Shown here: piece after piece, positions 49,704 to 59,249 of the stretch | Position numbering within the stretch: position 1 is the stretch's first letter | How the letters are laid out: the number at the start of each line of letters is the position of its first letter | NCBI GenBank assembly: GCA_963783575.1 | Contig: CAWAOD010000013.1 | Coordinates: 96,001-160,000, forward strand | Direction: 5' to 3' | Source of the DNA: an uncultured Spirochaetota bacterium | Lineage (GTDB): Bacteria; Spirochaetota; Brevinematia; Brevinematales; JAOACQ01 | Length of the DNA: 64,000 bases | Program-made: the position numbers and the translations under genes | The notes under the pieces: model-generated | The model's input: only the letters and a program-made list of their open reading frames with translations | What the model was told of the DNA's origin: nothing | Databases searched by the model: none

Positions 49704-50249
49704 ATGTTAAAAAATCGAGTTTTGCCGGGTGCTATGTTGATTGCGTTATCTTTGTTTTTATCGGGATGCTTTTTAAATTTCGGTATGCAGTTCAATCTGA
49801 AACCCGACGATTTAAGGCATTACAAGATAAAAGGTGCGCTTGTTTATGGCTGTGTCGAAACATTAAAAGATATGCCGTCCGGTTCTACGGTTATGCTGAT
49901 GTTTAAGAATGCTCCGGACTTTAATGTCTATATTCATAACCCGCAGGAATATTTTTTAATCGATGTCCCATTGAAATGTAAAGGCATAGCCAGGATCGGG
50001 TTAAGGTATGATAACCAGGGAACAATGCAGGAAAACTGGTATTATAATGACATACTGTTTACGGTCCAGAGCAATAAAATTAATTACCTGGGCAGCATTA
50101 TTATTACTAATGTCGATATTACCCAGAACCGCCTGGATAAAATCGAGTTTTCGCTTACAAATTATATGGAAGAGGATAAACAGGACTTTTATTCCAATTA
50201 CACAAGGCTGGCCGGGTATGAATTTTATCCGGTAGATATTAAATACTGA
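49704..50249 (+). CDS. hypothetical lipoprotein
   Basis: lipobox LSGC; F.V....INYLGSI motif. Confidence 0.75.
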   Translation: MLKNRVLPGAMLIALSLFLSGCFLNFGMQFNLKPDDLRHYKIKGALVYGCVETLKDMPSGSTVMLMFKNAPDFNVYIHNPQEYFLIDVPLKCKGIARIGLRYDNQGTMQENWYYNDILFTVQSNKINYLGSIIITNVDITQNRLDKIEFSLTNYMEEDKQDFYSNYTRLAGYEFYPVDIKY

Positions 50250-50414
50250 CTTTATAAGTATCTACCCGGTTTTTTTCCGCTGAAAAGAATGCCGGATTGG
50301 AAATATTTTTAATGTTTATGTTTAGATTATGTTTTCACAGGCCGAAAATACCGTAGAGTTTTTTAATGTTTGGCTGATTTTTGCTTAAATATTATGAGAG
50401 AAATGAAATTTCTC

Positions 50415-50443
50415 TTGACATTTAGGGAAATTCAAGGTATATT
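50415..50443 (+). promoter_or_regulatory. sigma70 promoter
   Basis: TTGACA-N17-TATATT upstream of AAGGAGG and ATG 50480. Confidence 0.75.
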
Positions 50444-50479
50444 AAATGAAAAAAAAAATCTATTAAGGAGGATTTTCTG

Positions 50480-51904
50480 ATGAAGAAAATTTTAGTAGTT
50501 CTAGCTCTGCTTTTCGTAAGTGGTTTGGCGTTTTCGGTAACGGGTGATGTCCATGCTAGGCTTGATGCTAATGGAACCATTCACCAGACAGAATGGGGAA
50601 CGCTGGATGATATTTCGATGGCCGGCAGAAGTGAAACCGGTTTTGACATCAATTTTGACAGCTTTGGTTTTCATTACCTTTTAAGAAGCGATTTAGCTGT
50701 TCCCGCCTCTCTTGGCGCTGCTTATGGCGCGGCTGGGGTTGGTTCTCTTTCAGCAAGTTCACCGGGTTATTTTGAGGTTACCGGTATAAAGCTTGGCAGT
50801 ATGGCTCTTGCTGTTGGTGCTTCTTTCTGGCATTTTGATGAAACAAAGTCTGCATTCGCAACTAACGCTTTAGGCGCAACTAATGCCAATGCTGTAGGGA
50901 ATATCGCTTTCAACCATTTTGCTGTCAATGCTTATTACAGCATTCCCCTCAGCGACACAATGAAGCTTCAGACACTCGGCTGGGACCAGATTCAGATTGA
51001 TCTCGGCATGGGTTCTTCTTCACAAACTGGTATCGCTACAAATAGTGCTACTCATTCTATGTTCAATCTATATTTTCCTATCTATCTTGAAATGACTTTC
51101 GATAAGCTCAGCCTAGAGATTTATCCGAAACTCATCTATGGTAATTCTTTGGATTCAGACATGGAGAGTGCCGGAACAACAAATGCTACAGCGACATTGA
51201 ATTTGTATACAGGTGCTTTGGTTAGAGTAGGGTATCCCTTGAACGACCAGTGGAGTATTTATGCTCACGTTGGTGTTTTCGCTTTAAGTTCTGGATCAGC
51301 TACAATAGCTCAAACCGGCGCTACAGCTACTACCAACGCATCCGGGACTGCTGGCGTGCACGTTCCTATTTTCGCTGGTTTTGCATTCAAACCGGCAGGC
51401 TGGTCAACATGGAATCTGGGAATCGGCTATGTTGTTAAAAATGATGCAACTGCTACGATTGTTACCTCCGGATCAACAGCTACTACTAACATAGTAACAT
51501 CCGGCGGCGGTCTTGAAAATATTTACCATGAAAACAACGACCAGGAACATGCTTATGCTGAGCCTTTCCTGAATTGGGGCGGCAGCGCGAAATTCGCTTC
51601 CGACTGGACACTTGCTTTCACAGGTATAATGCTTCTGAACTCTTCACAGGGTTTTGCTGACAGTCCGTTTTATACCAGCAGTTCAGCAACTGGCACATCA
51701 GGCGTCAATAATACATCTTCCAGCCAGTTAGTACACTTTACCCAGATATGGGATTGGGATGGCGGCGGAGCAGGCGGTGGCGCTTGTTACATACAGTATG
51801 CTAAAGACGCTGTTAGTTTGAAATTCGTAATGGGTGGAAACGGTACTGGCGGAAGTTCCATTATGGGAATGTTCGGATTCGTAGATATGTCAATCAATTT
51901 CTAA
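50480..51904 (+). CDS. putative major outer-membrane beta-barrel protein
   Basis: signal peptide, alternating amphipathic strands, terminal Phe (FVDMSINF), strong promoter, RBS and terminator. Confidence 0.7.
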   Translation: MKKILVVLALLFVSGLAFSVTGDVHARLDANGTIHQTEWGTLDDISMAGRSETGFDINFDSFGFHYLLRSDLAVPASLGAAYGAAGVGSLSASSPGYFEVTGIKLGSMALAVGASFWHFDETKSAFATNALGATNANAVGNIAFNHFAVNAYYSIPLSDTMKLQTLGWDQIQIDLGMGSSSQTGIATNSATHSMFNLYFPIYLEMTFDKLSLEIYPKLIYGNSLDSDMESAGTTNATATLNLYTGALVRVGYPLNDQWSIYAHVGVFALSSGSATIAQTGATATTNASGTAGVHVPIFAGFAFKPAGWSTWNLGIGYVVKNDATATIVTSGSTATTNIVTSGGGLENIYHENNDQEHAYAEPFLNWGGSAKFASDWTLAFTGIMLLNSSQGFADSPFYTSSSATGTSGVNNTSSSQLVHFTQIWDWDGGGAGGGACYIQYAKDAVSLKFVMGGNGTGGSSIMGMFGFVDMSINF

Positions 51905-51936
51905 TAATAACAAATTTAATTAACCGAATAAACGCC

Positions 51937-51966
51937 AGCGGCGGGGGTTTCCCCGCCGCTTTTTTT
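51937..51966 (+). terminator. intrinsic terminator
   Basis: AGCGGCGGGG-GTTT-CCCCGCCGCT followed by TTTTTT. Confidence 0.92.
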
Positions 51967-51967
51967 A

Positions 51968-52062
51968 GCCACGAATTGCACGAATTTACACTAATATGAG
52001 CCACGAATTACACGAATTTTCACGAATGAATAATATTAGTGTAAATTAGTGCAATTCGTGGC
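51968..52062. repeat. CACGAATT-unit palindromic repeat
   Basis: GCCACGAATTGCACGAATTTACACTAAT...ATTAGTGTAAATTAGTGCAATTCGTGGC; relatives at 48527-48604, 52398-52710, 53601-53663, 60855-60951. Confidence 0.85.
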
Positions 52063-52082
52063 TTATTCTTCATGGAGATAAA

Positions 52083-52365
52083 ATGGATGATTTGATTTAT
52101 AAGGAAGAATGTTTTCAGATTATTGGTATTTGCTTGAAAATTCATCGGGAATTGGGGCGTGGATTTTTAGAAATTGTTTATAAAGACGCAATTCAATATG
52201 AATTAAAATTAAATAAAATTTCATTTGAACGTAAAAAGGAATATTCGATACATTATAAGGATATTGTTTTACCATAATAATTATCTTGCTGTTTCAAAAT
52301 GCAAATTAGGAATTATTGTAAACTTTGGAAAAGATTCACTGGAATATAAACGTATTCTTTTGTGA
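52083..52365 (+). pseudogene. GxxExxY protein, internally deleted
   Basis: MDDLIYKEECFQIIG...LGRGFLEIVYKDA...IVLP* followed in another frame by C-terminus NYLAVSKCKLGIIVNFGKDSLEYKRILL*. Confidence 0.88.
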
Positions 52366-52775
52366 TGAAAACAGTTACTAATTAACACAAAGAAAGGCCA
52401 CGAATTACACAAATTTACACGAAGAAAAAATTAATTAGTGCTTGAACGGAAATTGAAATTTTCACGCAGAGACGCAGAGCACGCAAAGAAAGAATCAATA
52501 GAAGCATTTAAAATTTCAAAAAAATTCCGCGAAGATTTTCATAAATTTTATAAATTAATTTATAAAGTATTTGATATCTCTGCGTTCTTTACGTCTCTGC
52601 GTGAAATTATATCCTGTTCTTCGATAGAAATTTATTTAATCTTTTATAATAATAGCAATGTATATTGGAATTTCCGTTCAGCCACTAATTAGTGATAATT
52701 CGTGCAATTAGAAGGTGAGCTTCGTGCCCTTTCAATGAGCTTATGATATCGTCCCTGTGAACTTTGAAAATTGGA

Positions 52776-53141
52776 TTAGAGGGATTCGATTCCACGAATT
52801 CTGATTTTTTTGTTTGAAATAATCACAATTTTTTCTTTAATTTTATGAGAATCTATTGCCTCAAAAGCCTGGAGTGTTTTATTGACTATCTCCAATATAG
52901 TGAGTTGGCGGAAGCGCAGGATGACCCTTCCCAGTGTTTGCTGAAGCGGATATGTGATAAGATTTGAAAAGTCTGTGTCCATAGTAACTAAAGTAAGTCC
53001 ATGCTGGTTTGCATATAAGAATATTTCCGAATCCGCTGTGCCGCTTAGGTTCAGGAGATTGATCGATTGACTGAGAGGATATTTATCGATTAATTTACTC
53101 TGTAGAATCAATGGAATATTTTCATCAAGAAGCAATTTCAA
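52776..53141 (-). CDS. DUF5615 PIN-like toxin
   Basis: TTG start, KLLLDENIP, G.ADSEI...A, LVTMDTDF. Confidence 0.9.
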   Translation of the reverse strand: MKLLLDENIPLILQSKLIDKYPLSQSINLLNLSGTADSEIFLYANQHGLTLVTMDTDFSNLITYPLQQTLGRVILRFRQLTILEIVNKTLQAFEAIDSHKIKEKIVIISNKKIRIRGIESL

Positions 53142-53358
53142 AAATATCCTCCTCATATTTAAGCAGATCGGAAGCGAATCCTATAGCCTCCAGAACGGCT
53201 TCTTTTGAAAGAGAAGGATAGTTTATGAGGATTGTTTCAATCGTTTCACCGGCTGAGAGCATATCCAGAATGAGATAAACCGGTATCCGCGTTCCTTGAA
53301 ATACAGGCTTCCCATGACAAATATCCTGACGAATAACAATATATTTAAAATCTCTCAT
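53125..53358 (-). CDS. DUF433 antitoxin
   Basis: ICHGKPVFQGTRIPV..IL..L..G, YPSL; overlaps the DUF5615 gene. Confidence 0.92.
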   Translation of the reverse strand: MRDFKYIVIRQDICHGKPVFQGTRIPVYLILDMLSAGETIETILINYPSLSKEAVLEAIGFASDLLKYEEDIFEIAS

Positions 53359-53439
53359 TGGGAAAACCTCCATTAACTTAGTATAAGATATATATATAAA
53401 AAAAACAAAATATTGAAAAAAGATTGATAGTGCTAAAAA

Positions 53440-53571
53440 CGAGGATTTACCGCACATAATTTAAAATATCCGGCAAATTTTAAATTATCTTGCTGTTTCA
53501 AAATGCAAATTAGGAATTATTGTTAATTTTGGAAAAAATTCTCTTGAATATAAGCGTATTCTTTTGTGTTG
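53440..53571 (+). pseudogene. second GxxExxY remnant (3' part)
   Basis: ..DLPH / RQILNYLAVSKCKLGIIVNFGKNSLEYKRILL. Confidence 0.75.
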
Positions 53572-53732
53572 AAAACAGTTACTAATTAACACAAAGAGAG
53601 GCCACGAATTACTAATTAACACGAAGAAAAAATTGATTAGTGATAATTCGTGTGATTAGTGGCTAATTTCCCAAATCTTTATTTTTCTTATCGTTTATGG
53701 TATCATTAAATAATCATAAAAAAGGAAATCTA

Positions 53733-54018
53733 ATGAGCGGATTTGATAATTTCTATTTGAAAATTCTCACTCTGATAATAATATTGGTTTTTCAGAGCTT
53801 TGTTTGTTTCTTCAAAAACTTGGTTTTGAAATGAGGATATCTTCTAGTCATCATATATTGTTGAAGTTCCGGAACTTCCCGGATGTATGGCTGATGGGTC
53901 GACTTATGAAGAAGCTGCAAAAAATGCTGAAGCAATAATTTCAGAATGGATCGAAACTGCAAAATCCCTTTCACGGGAAATACCTGAACCGAAGGGTCGA
54001 AAACTGATGTACGCCTGA
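53733..54018 (+). pseudogene. hicAB: collapsed hicA-hicB toxin-antitoxin pair
   Basis: HicA-like SDNNIGFSELCLFLQKLGFEMRISSSHHI joined directly to HicB-like VEVPELPGCMADG.TYEEA...EWIETAK...IPEPKGR*. Confidence 0.85.
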
Positions 54019-54142
54019 ATATTGTTAAAACAATCCAATTTCTCAATTCTTTATTTTTCTTATCGTTTATGATATCATAAATCTTATTAAAAAATAAAAT
54101 TTGTTTGAAAATAAATCACAATATAACTGGCAGGATTGAAGT

Positions 54143-55873
54143 ATGAATAAAATAATAATTTTCATATTAATATTCTTATGTATTCAGAGAATTAATTCAC
54201 TTGAATTTATAAGTCCGTCCGAAATTCAGCCCGGGATGAAAGGCTGCGGGTTGACTGTATTTAGGGGCTGGGAACCGGAAAGGTTTGATGTTGAAATCAT
54301 TGATATAATTAAGAATGCCCAGCCGAAAGGGGACATAATCCTGGCTAAGGTGAGCGGCAATATTCTGGAAGAAAGCGGAATTATAGCAGGGATGAGCGGG
54401 AGCCCTGTTTATATCAACGGTAAATTAGCGGGAGCGATTGCATTTACCTGGTCAAATTCAAAAGAACCTATTTGCGGAATAACTCCTATCGGAGAAATGT
54501 TAAAGGAAAAAGATAATGCAGATGCCCCATCCGGCAATATTTCAATGAGGGATGACGGCAGGTTTAAAGAAATAGCTACACCGCTTTACATTAATGGATT
54601 TTCCGGCGAAGCTAAGAAATACCTGGAGGATATTTTTAATAATGTAAAAGAAGTTAATGGCTATATGGTATTGTCCGGCGGAGAAACCGGCAGTGAAATA
54701 ATTACTGATAAGGCAGATTTAAAGGCCGGAGACGCTGTTTCAGTCAATTTAATAGACGGAGATTATCTTGCCCAGGGGATCGGTACAGTTACTTATGTCT
54801 CAAACGAAGATGTTTATATTTTCGGCCATCCCATGGATCTTGCCGGTAATGCTGCCCTGCCGATTTCAAAATCATATATTTATACCGTTGTACCTTCAAC
54901 ATATTTATCGTTTAAATTAGGCTCATCCTCTAAGGAAATCGGGAGCGTTCTGTATGACGGACAGAATGCGGTCTACTGTAAATTAGGGAAGGATTCGGGA
55001 ATGATTCCCATTAGATTAAAAGTCAAAAATCAGGGAAAAGATTTTGATTATAATTTCAGGGTAGCAGATAACCGTTATTATTTCCCCGGCCTTGCATCTT
55101 CGGCAATTTCTTCATCGCTGCAGAATCATACCGGATTTCTTGACGATAAAAGAATTTCTATGAGTATTAATTTAAATCTGGTAATTCAAAATAAAGATTT
55201 TATGGTAAATAACAATTTCCAGTATGCGTTTAATCCTAGTTATTTCAATATATACGGGATGCTCTCGGATTTAAACCAGTATTTTGCGGCTTTTTTTGAC
55301 AGGAACTATGGTAAGATAGAAATAAAAAATATAAAAATAGACATTAATGTTGAGAATGGTATAAAATATTACTCTCAGGAAGGGTTCAGCATTGATAAAC
55401 AATCCTATTCACCGGGAGAAATCATCCATTGCAAGGTTCTACTTAGAGAATTCGGAGGTAATTACAAATATCAGAATTTAAACATAAAAATTCCCGATGA
55501 AAGTAAGAATGGACAATATTTGATAATTTCCGGTAATGAAATGGCGTTTAACAGCGAGATAGTAAAATTATTCCCTAAGTACTTATCGATCAACAGTATC
55601 GAAGACCTCTTGACTATGGCTAATTTTCATGAGGACACATCATTATTTACTGTAGGTATGGTATCGGCAAGGCCGGGAATAATTGATAAAGATAAAAGAT
55701 TGGAGAGTTTTCCGGAAAATTATATTTCCTTTATTAATCGTACTTCAGATAAAGCATACGCATATTTTTCACCAGATATCATAAAAGAAACTGTCAAAAT
55801 TGACGGTGTTGTTTTCGGCAGCATGAAAATAAGCGTGAATATAGTTAACAGAATATCGCAAGCAGTGGAGTAA
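54143..55873 (+). CDS. SpoIVB-like peptidase S55 domain protein
   Basis: GMKG.GLTVFRG, GIIAGMSGSPVYINGKL.GA, GTVTY....FGHP. Confidence 0.9.
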   Translation: MNKIIIFILIFLCIQRINSLEFISPSEIQPGMKGCGLTVFRGWEPERFDVEIIDIIKNAQPKGDIILAKVSGNILEESGIIAGMSGSPVYINGKLAGAIAFTWSNSKEPICGITPIGEMLKEKDNADAPSGNISMRDDGRFKEIATPLYINGFSGEAKKYLEDIFNNVKEVNGYMVLSGGETGSEIITDKADLKAGDAVSVNLIDGDYLAQGIGTVTYVSNEDVYIFGHPMDLAGNAALPISKSYIYTVVPSTYLSFKLGSSSKEIGSVLYDGQNAVYCKLGKDSGMIPIRLKVKNQGKDFDYNFRVADNRYYFPGLASSAISSSLQNHTGFLDDKRISMSINLNLVIQNKDFMVNNNFQYAFNPSYFNIYGMLSDLNQYFAAFFDRNYGKIEIKNIKIDINVENGIKYYSQEGFSIDKQSYSPGEIIHCKVLLREFGGNYKYQNLNIKIPDESKNGQYLIISGNEMAFNSEIVKLFPKYLSINSIEDLLTMANFHEDTSLFTVGMVSARPGIIDKDKRLESFPENYISFINRTSDKAYAYFSPDIIKETVKIDGVVFGSMKISVNIVNRISQAVE

Positions 55874-55876
55874 AAT

Positions 55877-56501
55877 ATGAAATCTCTTGTTCCGGCATCA
55901 GACCGTTTTTGGACTATTCCTAATGTTTTGTCAATATTCAGGGTGATACTTATCATTCCGATAATCAATCAATTGAAGCTTAACACTCCGGAATCAAATT
56001 TTATGGCTTTTATTTTAATCGGAATAGCCTATCTTACAGATTTTCTGGACGGGTTTCTTGCACGCACTTTAAAAAGTACGAGCAAGGTAGGGCAGATACT
56101 GGATCCCGTCGGCGATAAACTGCTTGCTATTACAGTTTCAGCGGTATTATACATAAGTAAAAGATACTCCATTTTATTTTTTTATATTGATTTTACTGAG
56201 GGATTTTATATTTTCACTTGGTGTATTCTATGCGTTGAATACAAGAAAAATAATTATGACTCCAATGCTGATAGGTAAGATTACAACTTTTGTTCTTGGG
56301 ATTGTACTTGGATTTTATCCGTTGAAACATTCTTTTTTGATGCAGTATGAAATATTGAACATTATTATAAGGGATATTGTAGTATTTGGAACCTATTTGG
56401 CGTCAGGACTCCTTGTTATTTCAGGAATATTTTATACTGTAAATTATTTTACTAATTTTTTAAAACAAAAAAAATCACAAATGAGTAATATTTCTAAATA
56501 G
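55877..56501 (+). CDS. pgsA: CDP-alcohol phosphatidyltransferase (PgsA-like), frameshifted as assembled
   Basis: TIPNVLS.FR, TDFLDG.LAR, G.ILDP.GDK; one extra base near AAAA 56159-56162 separates the LRD...GKITT half. Confidence 0.8.
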
Positions 56502-56526
56502 AATATTTATTTAGCCTGGAGATATT

Positions 56527-57753
56527 ATGAAATACGCAGCTTTTTTAATTGACGGAATGGCTGATTACCCTGTTGAAGAAATATCAAATAAAACACCGCT
56601 TGAGGTTGCTAAAACACCGGTTATAGACAGTCTTGCGAAGAGTTCTCAATTCGGTACTTTTATATCTTTACCCGAAGGTTTCCCTACATCGTCGGATGTA
56701 GCAAATATGTCGGTGCTCGGCTGGGACCTTTCGAAATATTATACCGGGAGGGGAGCTATTGAGAGTTACGGAATGGGTATTCCTCTTGATGATATAACAA
56801 TCGCTTTCAGGATGAATCTGATTACCGTAAAAGACGGTATTTTAGTTGATTACTCCGCCGGCCATTTATCCGAAAAAGAAGCTGAAAGTATAATATTGTT
56901 TTTGCAGAACAAGCTTGACAGTAAACAGGTAATTATCAGGAAGGGTGTAAGTTACAGACATCTTTTATATCTAAAAGGAACGGAATTCAGCCCCGAGATA
57001 TATTATGAAAAGCCCGATTCATCGCAGGGCCTGGAATGGGAAAAGCTTCTTCCAAGGGCAAAATCTAAGGAAGCTGATCTTACGGTAAAAGTATTGACTG
57101 AATTGATATTTAAATCAAAAGAAATTCTGAAAAATCATCCCGTTAATATCAAAAGGATTGAAAACGGCCAGAATCCTGCAAACATGATCTGGCCCTGGTC
57201 CGGCGGAAGAAGGCCCGATATGCCGACATTTTTTGAAATGTATAAAAAAAGAGGTGCTATTATTTCGGCAGTAGACGTGATTCTTGGATTGGGAAGGCTG
57301 GGATCCATGGAGATATTAAGGCCGGAAGGCGCCACAGGTTACATAGACACAAATTATGAGAATAAGGCAAAAGCCGGGGTTGAATTCTTAAAAAAGAACG
57401 ATTTTGTTTATATTCATATTGAAGCCGCGGATGAATGCTCGCATGAGGGTGATTTGACGAATAAGATTAAAGTTATTGAGGACTGTGATAAAAGGCTGAT
57501 TAAAGTATTCTTGGATGAATACAGGGAAAACATTAAAGAGCCTTTAAGAATAATGATTCTGCCGGATCATCCTGTACCGATAAAACTCCGGAAGCATACA
57601 CGCGATCCGGTTCCTTTTATGATAACAGGCGATGGTGTGGAACCCGATAAAAAAATACATACTTATAGTGAAAATAATTGTAAGAAGGGAAGGCATCTCA
57701 ATCTAAAGGGCAAAGAACTTATGGATCTTCTATTCTCGGGAAAAATAGGATGA
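56527..57753 (+). CDS. apgM: cofactor-independent phosphoglycerate mutase (ApgM type)
   Basis: DGMAD, TPLE.A.TP, SDVANMS.LG, HIEAADE.SH.G, PDHP.P, HTRDPVP. Confidence 0.92.
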   Translation: MKYAAFLIDGMADYPVEEISNKTPLEVAKTPVIDSLAKSSQFGTFISLPEGFPTSSDVANMSVLGWDLSKYYTGRGAIESYGMGIPLDDITIAFRMNLITVKDGILVDYSAGHLSEKEAESIILFLQNKLDSKQVIIRKGVSYRHLLYLKGTEFSPEIYYEKPDSSQGLEWEKLLPRAKSKEADLTVKVLTELIFKSKEILKNHPVNIKRIENGQNPANMIWPWSGGRRPDMPTFFEMYKKRGAIISAVDVILGLGRLGSMEILRPEGATGYIDTNYENKAKAGVEFLKKNDFVYIHIEAADECSHEGDLTNKIKVIEDCDKRLIKVFLDEYRENIKEPLRIMILPDHPVPIKLRKHTRDPVPFMITGDGVEPDKKIHTYSENNCKKGRHLNLKGKELMDLLFSGKIG

Positions 57754-57771
57754 AAATTATTTGAAGGAAAA

Positions 57772-58563
57772 ATGATGCATAAAGAATTTATAAAACTCGC
57801 AATTCGTGCCGCGGTTAAAGGTGGAGAGATTATTAAAAAGGGTTTTTACATTGATAAAAATATTGAGTACAAGGGATTTTCAAATCCGGTAACTGAATTT
57901 GACATGGAATCTGAAAGAATTATTGTCGATTGCATACTGAAGAAATATCCGAATCATTCAATTCTTGCCGAAGAAAAATTAACCAGTAAGGGCCTTGATG
58001 ATGTTAAGTGGATTATTGATCCCCTTGACGGAACCGTAAATTTTACTCATCAAATTCCTTTTGTGTGCGTTTCCATCGGTATTGAAATTGAAGGTTCGAT
58101 TAAAGCAGGCGTTATTTATAACCCGGTAATGGATGAACTCTATCAGGCTGTGAAGGATTGCGGCGCCTATCTGAACAAAAAAAGGATCGGTGTTTCTAAA
58201 ATTTCCGATAAGGGAAAGTCACTGATTGTTACAGGATTTCCATATGACAGGGGAGATAGAACCGATTCTTTAATTCAGCCATTGAAAGAAATATTACCTG
58301 AATATTGCGGTTTCAGACGGCTTGGTTCTGCGGCTATGGATATGGCTTATGTCGCCAGGGGAAGCATAGAGGGATTTTATGAGGAAAAGCTCAATCCCTG
58401 GGATACAGCTGCTGGGAAAATAATTGTGGAAGAAGCCGGAGGAAGGGTAACGGATTATTACGGGAAAGATTACAGTATATACGGCAGGACTATTATCGCT
58501 ACAAACAGCCTTATTCATGACGGTCTTGTGAATATAATGAAACATGTTAGTGAACCTGTTTAA
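57772..58563 (+). CDS. suhB: inositol monophosphatase family protein
   Basis: WIIDPLDGTVNF, RRLGSAA.D, WDTAAG..IV.EAGG. Confidence 0.93.
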   Translation: MMHKEFIKLAIRAAVKGGEIIKKGFYIDKNIEYKGFSNPVTEFDMESERIIVDCILKKYPNHSILAEEKLTSKGLDDVKWIIDPLDGTVNFTHQIPFVCVSIGIEIEGSIKAGVIYNPVMDELYQAVKDCGAYLNKKRIGVSKISDKGKSLIVTGFPYDRGDRTDSLIQPLKEILPEYCGFRRLGSAAMDMAYVARGSIEGFYEEKLNPWDTAAGKIIVEEAGGRVTDYYGKDYSIYGRTIIATNSLIHDGLVNIMKHVSEPV

Positions 58564-58589
58564 ATTAATGCTTCAATCGGTTTATACAC

Positions 58590-58680
58590 TTTCAAAAACA
58601 TTAGGGCAGTGAAAACTTGCCCACAGTTCCGGTTAATTAAAAAACTGGTTTTTAATGAGATGTTTGAACTGCCCACATAT
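58590..58680. repeat. dispersed miniature inverted-repeat element (copy 2)
   Basis: matches 6290-6361. Confidence 0.8.
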
Positions 58681-58800
58681 CTTTATCGATATATCATTAT
58701 TGATATTATTTTAATAAATTTCTTGTGCAATTGTCTGTGTTATGCTATATTGGTTAAGATTAATTTATTACTAAGTCAATAAAGTATTTTTTATTGCTGT

Positions 58801-59161
58801 TTTACAGGAAGACGGAAAGATACAAAGTTAGTAAAAAATGATGGTTAATATATTAAACCTGAACTGAACGATTCTTTATTCTATTTTTCCTGAAGAGGTC
58901 ATCTCGATAATGCTGTAAATAAAGTAGCGGTGAACTCGATGACTGTTCCCTGAGCAACGCACTGAGCCCTTCAATTCTTCAGGGCAGGCTCTGTCGAATG
59001 TGTTTACAGCTTAATTGTTCAGCAGCACTATCGAAGGGAACACTAAAAGAATCACTCAGTTTAAGATAAATTCAATAACTTTCAAAAATAATATTTATTG
59101 AAATAATAATTATTGATTATTAAAAATACTGGTTCTTTGCGTCTTCCGGTCTTCCTGTAAA
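58801..59161. repeat. nested inverted-repeat composite
   Basis: outer TTTACAGGAAGAC...GTCTTCCTGTAAA; inner GCTGTAAA/TTTACAGC and CCCTGAG...TCGAAGGG REP-like motifs. Confidence 0.75.
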
Positions 59162-59175
59162 TTTAATAATTATTA

Positions 59176-59191
59176 TGGCATAAACATTGCG
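59176..59191 (+). promoter_or_regulatory. sigma54 promoter
   Basis: TGGCATAAACATTGCG (GG-N10-GC). Confidence 0.7.
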
Positions 59192-59249
59192 AGATAAATT
59201 AGTATTCCCTTCAAAATGTATGACAATTAAATTAATTTTGGAAGTATAA

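Noticed and set aside
51968..53663. CRISPR array
   Set aside because: Repeats are degenerate, inverted and irregularly spaced; there are no constant-length spacers and no cas genes in the window
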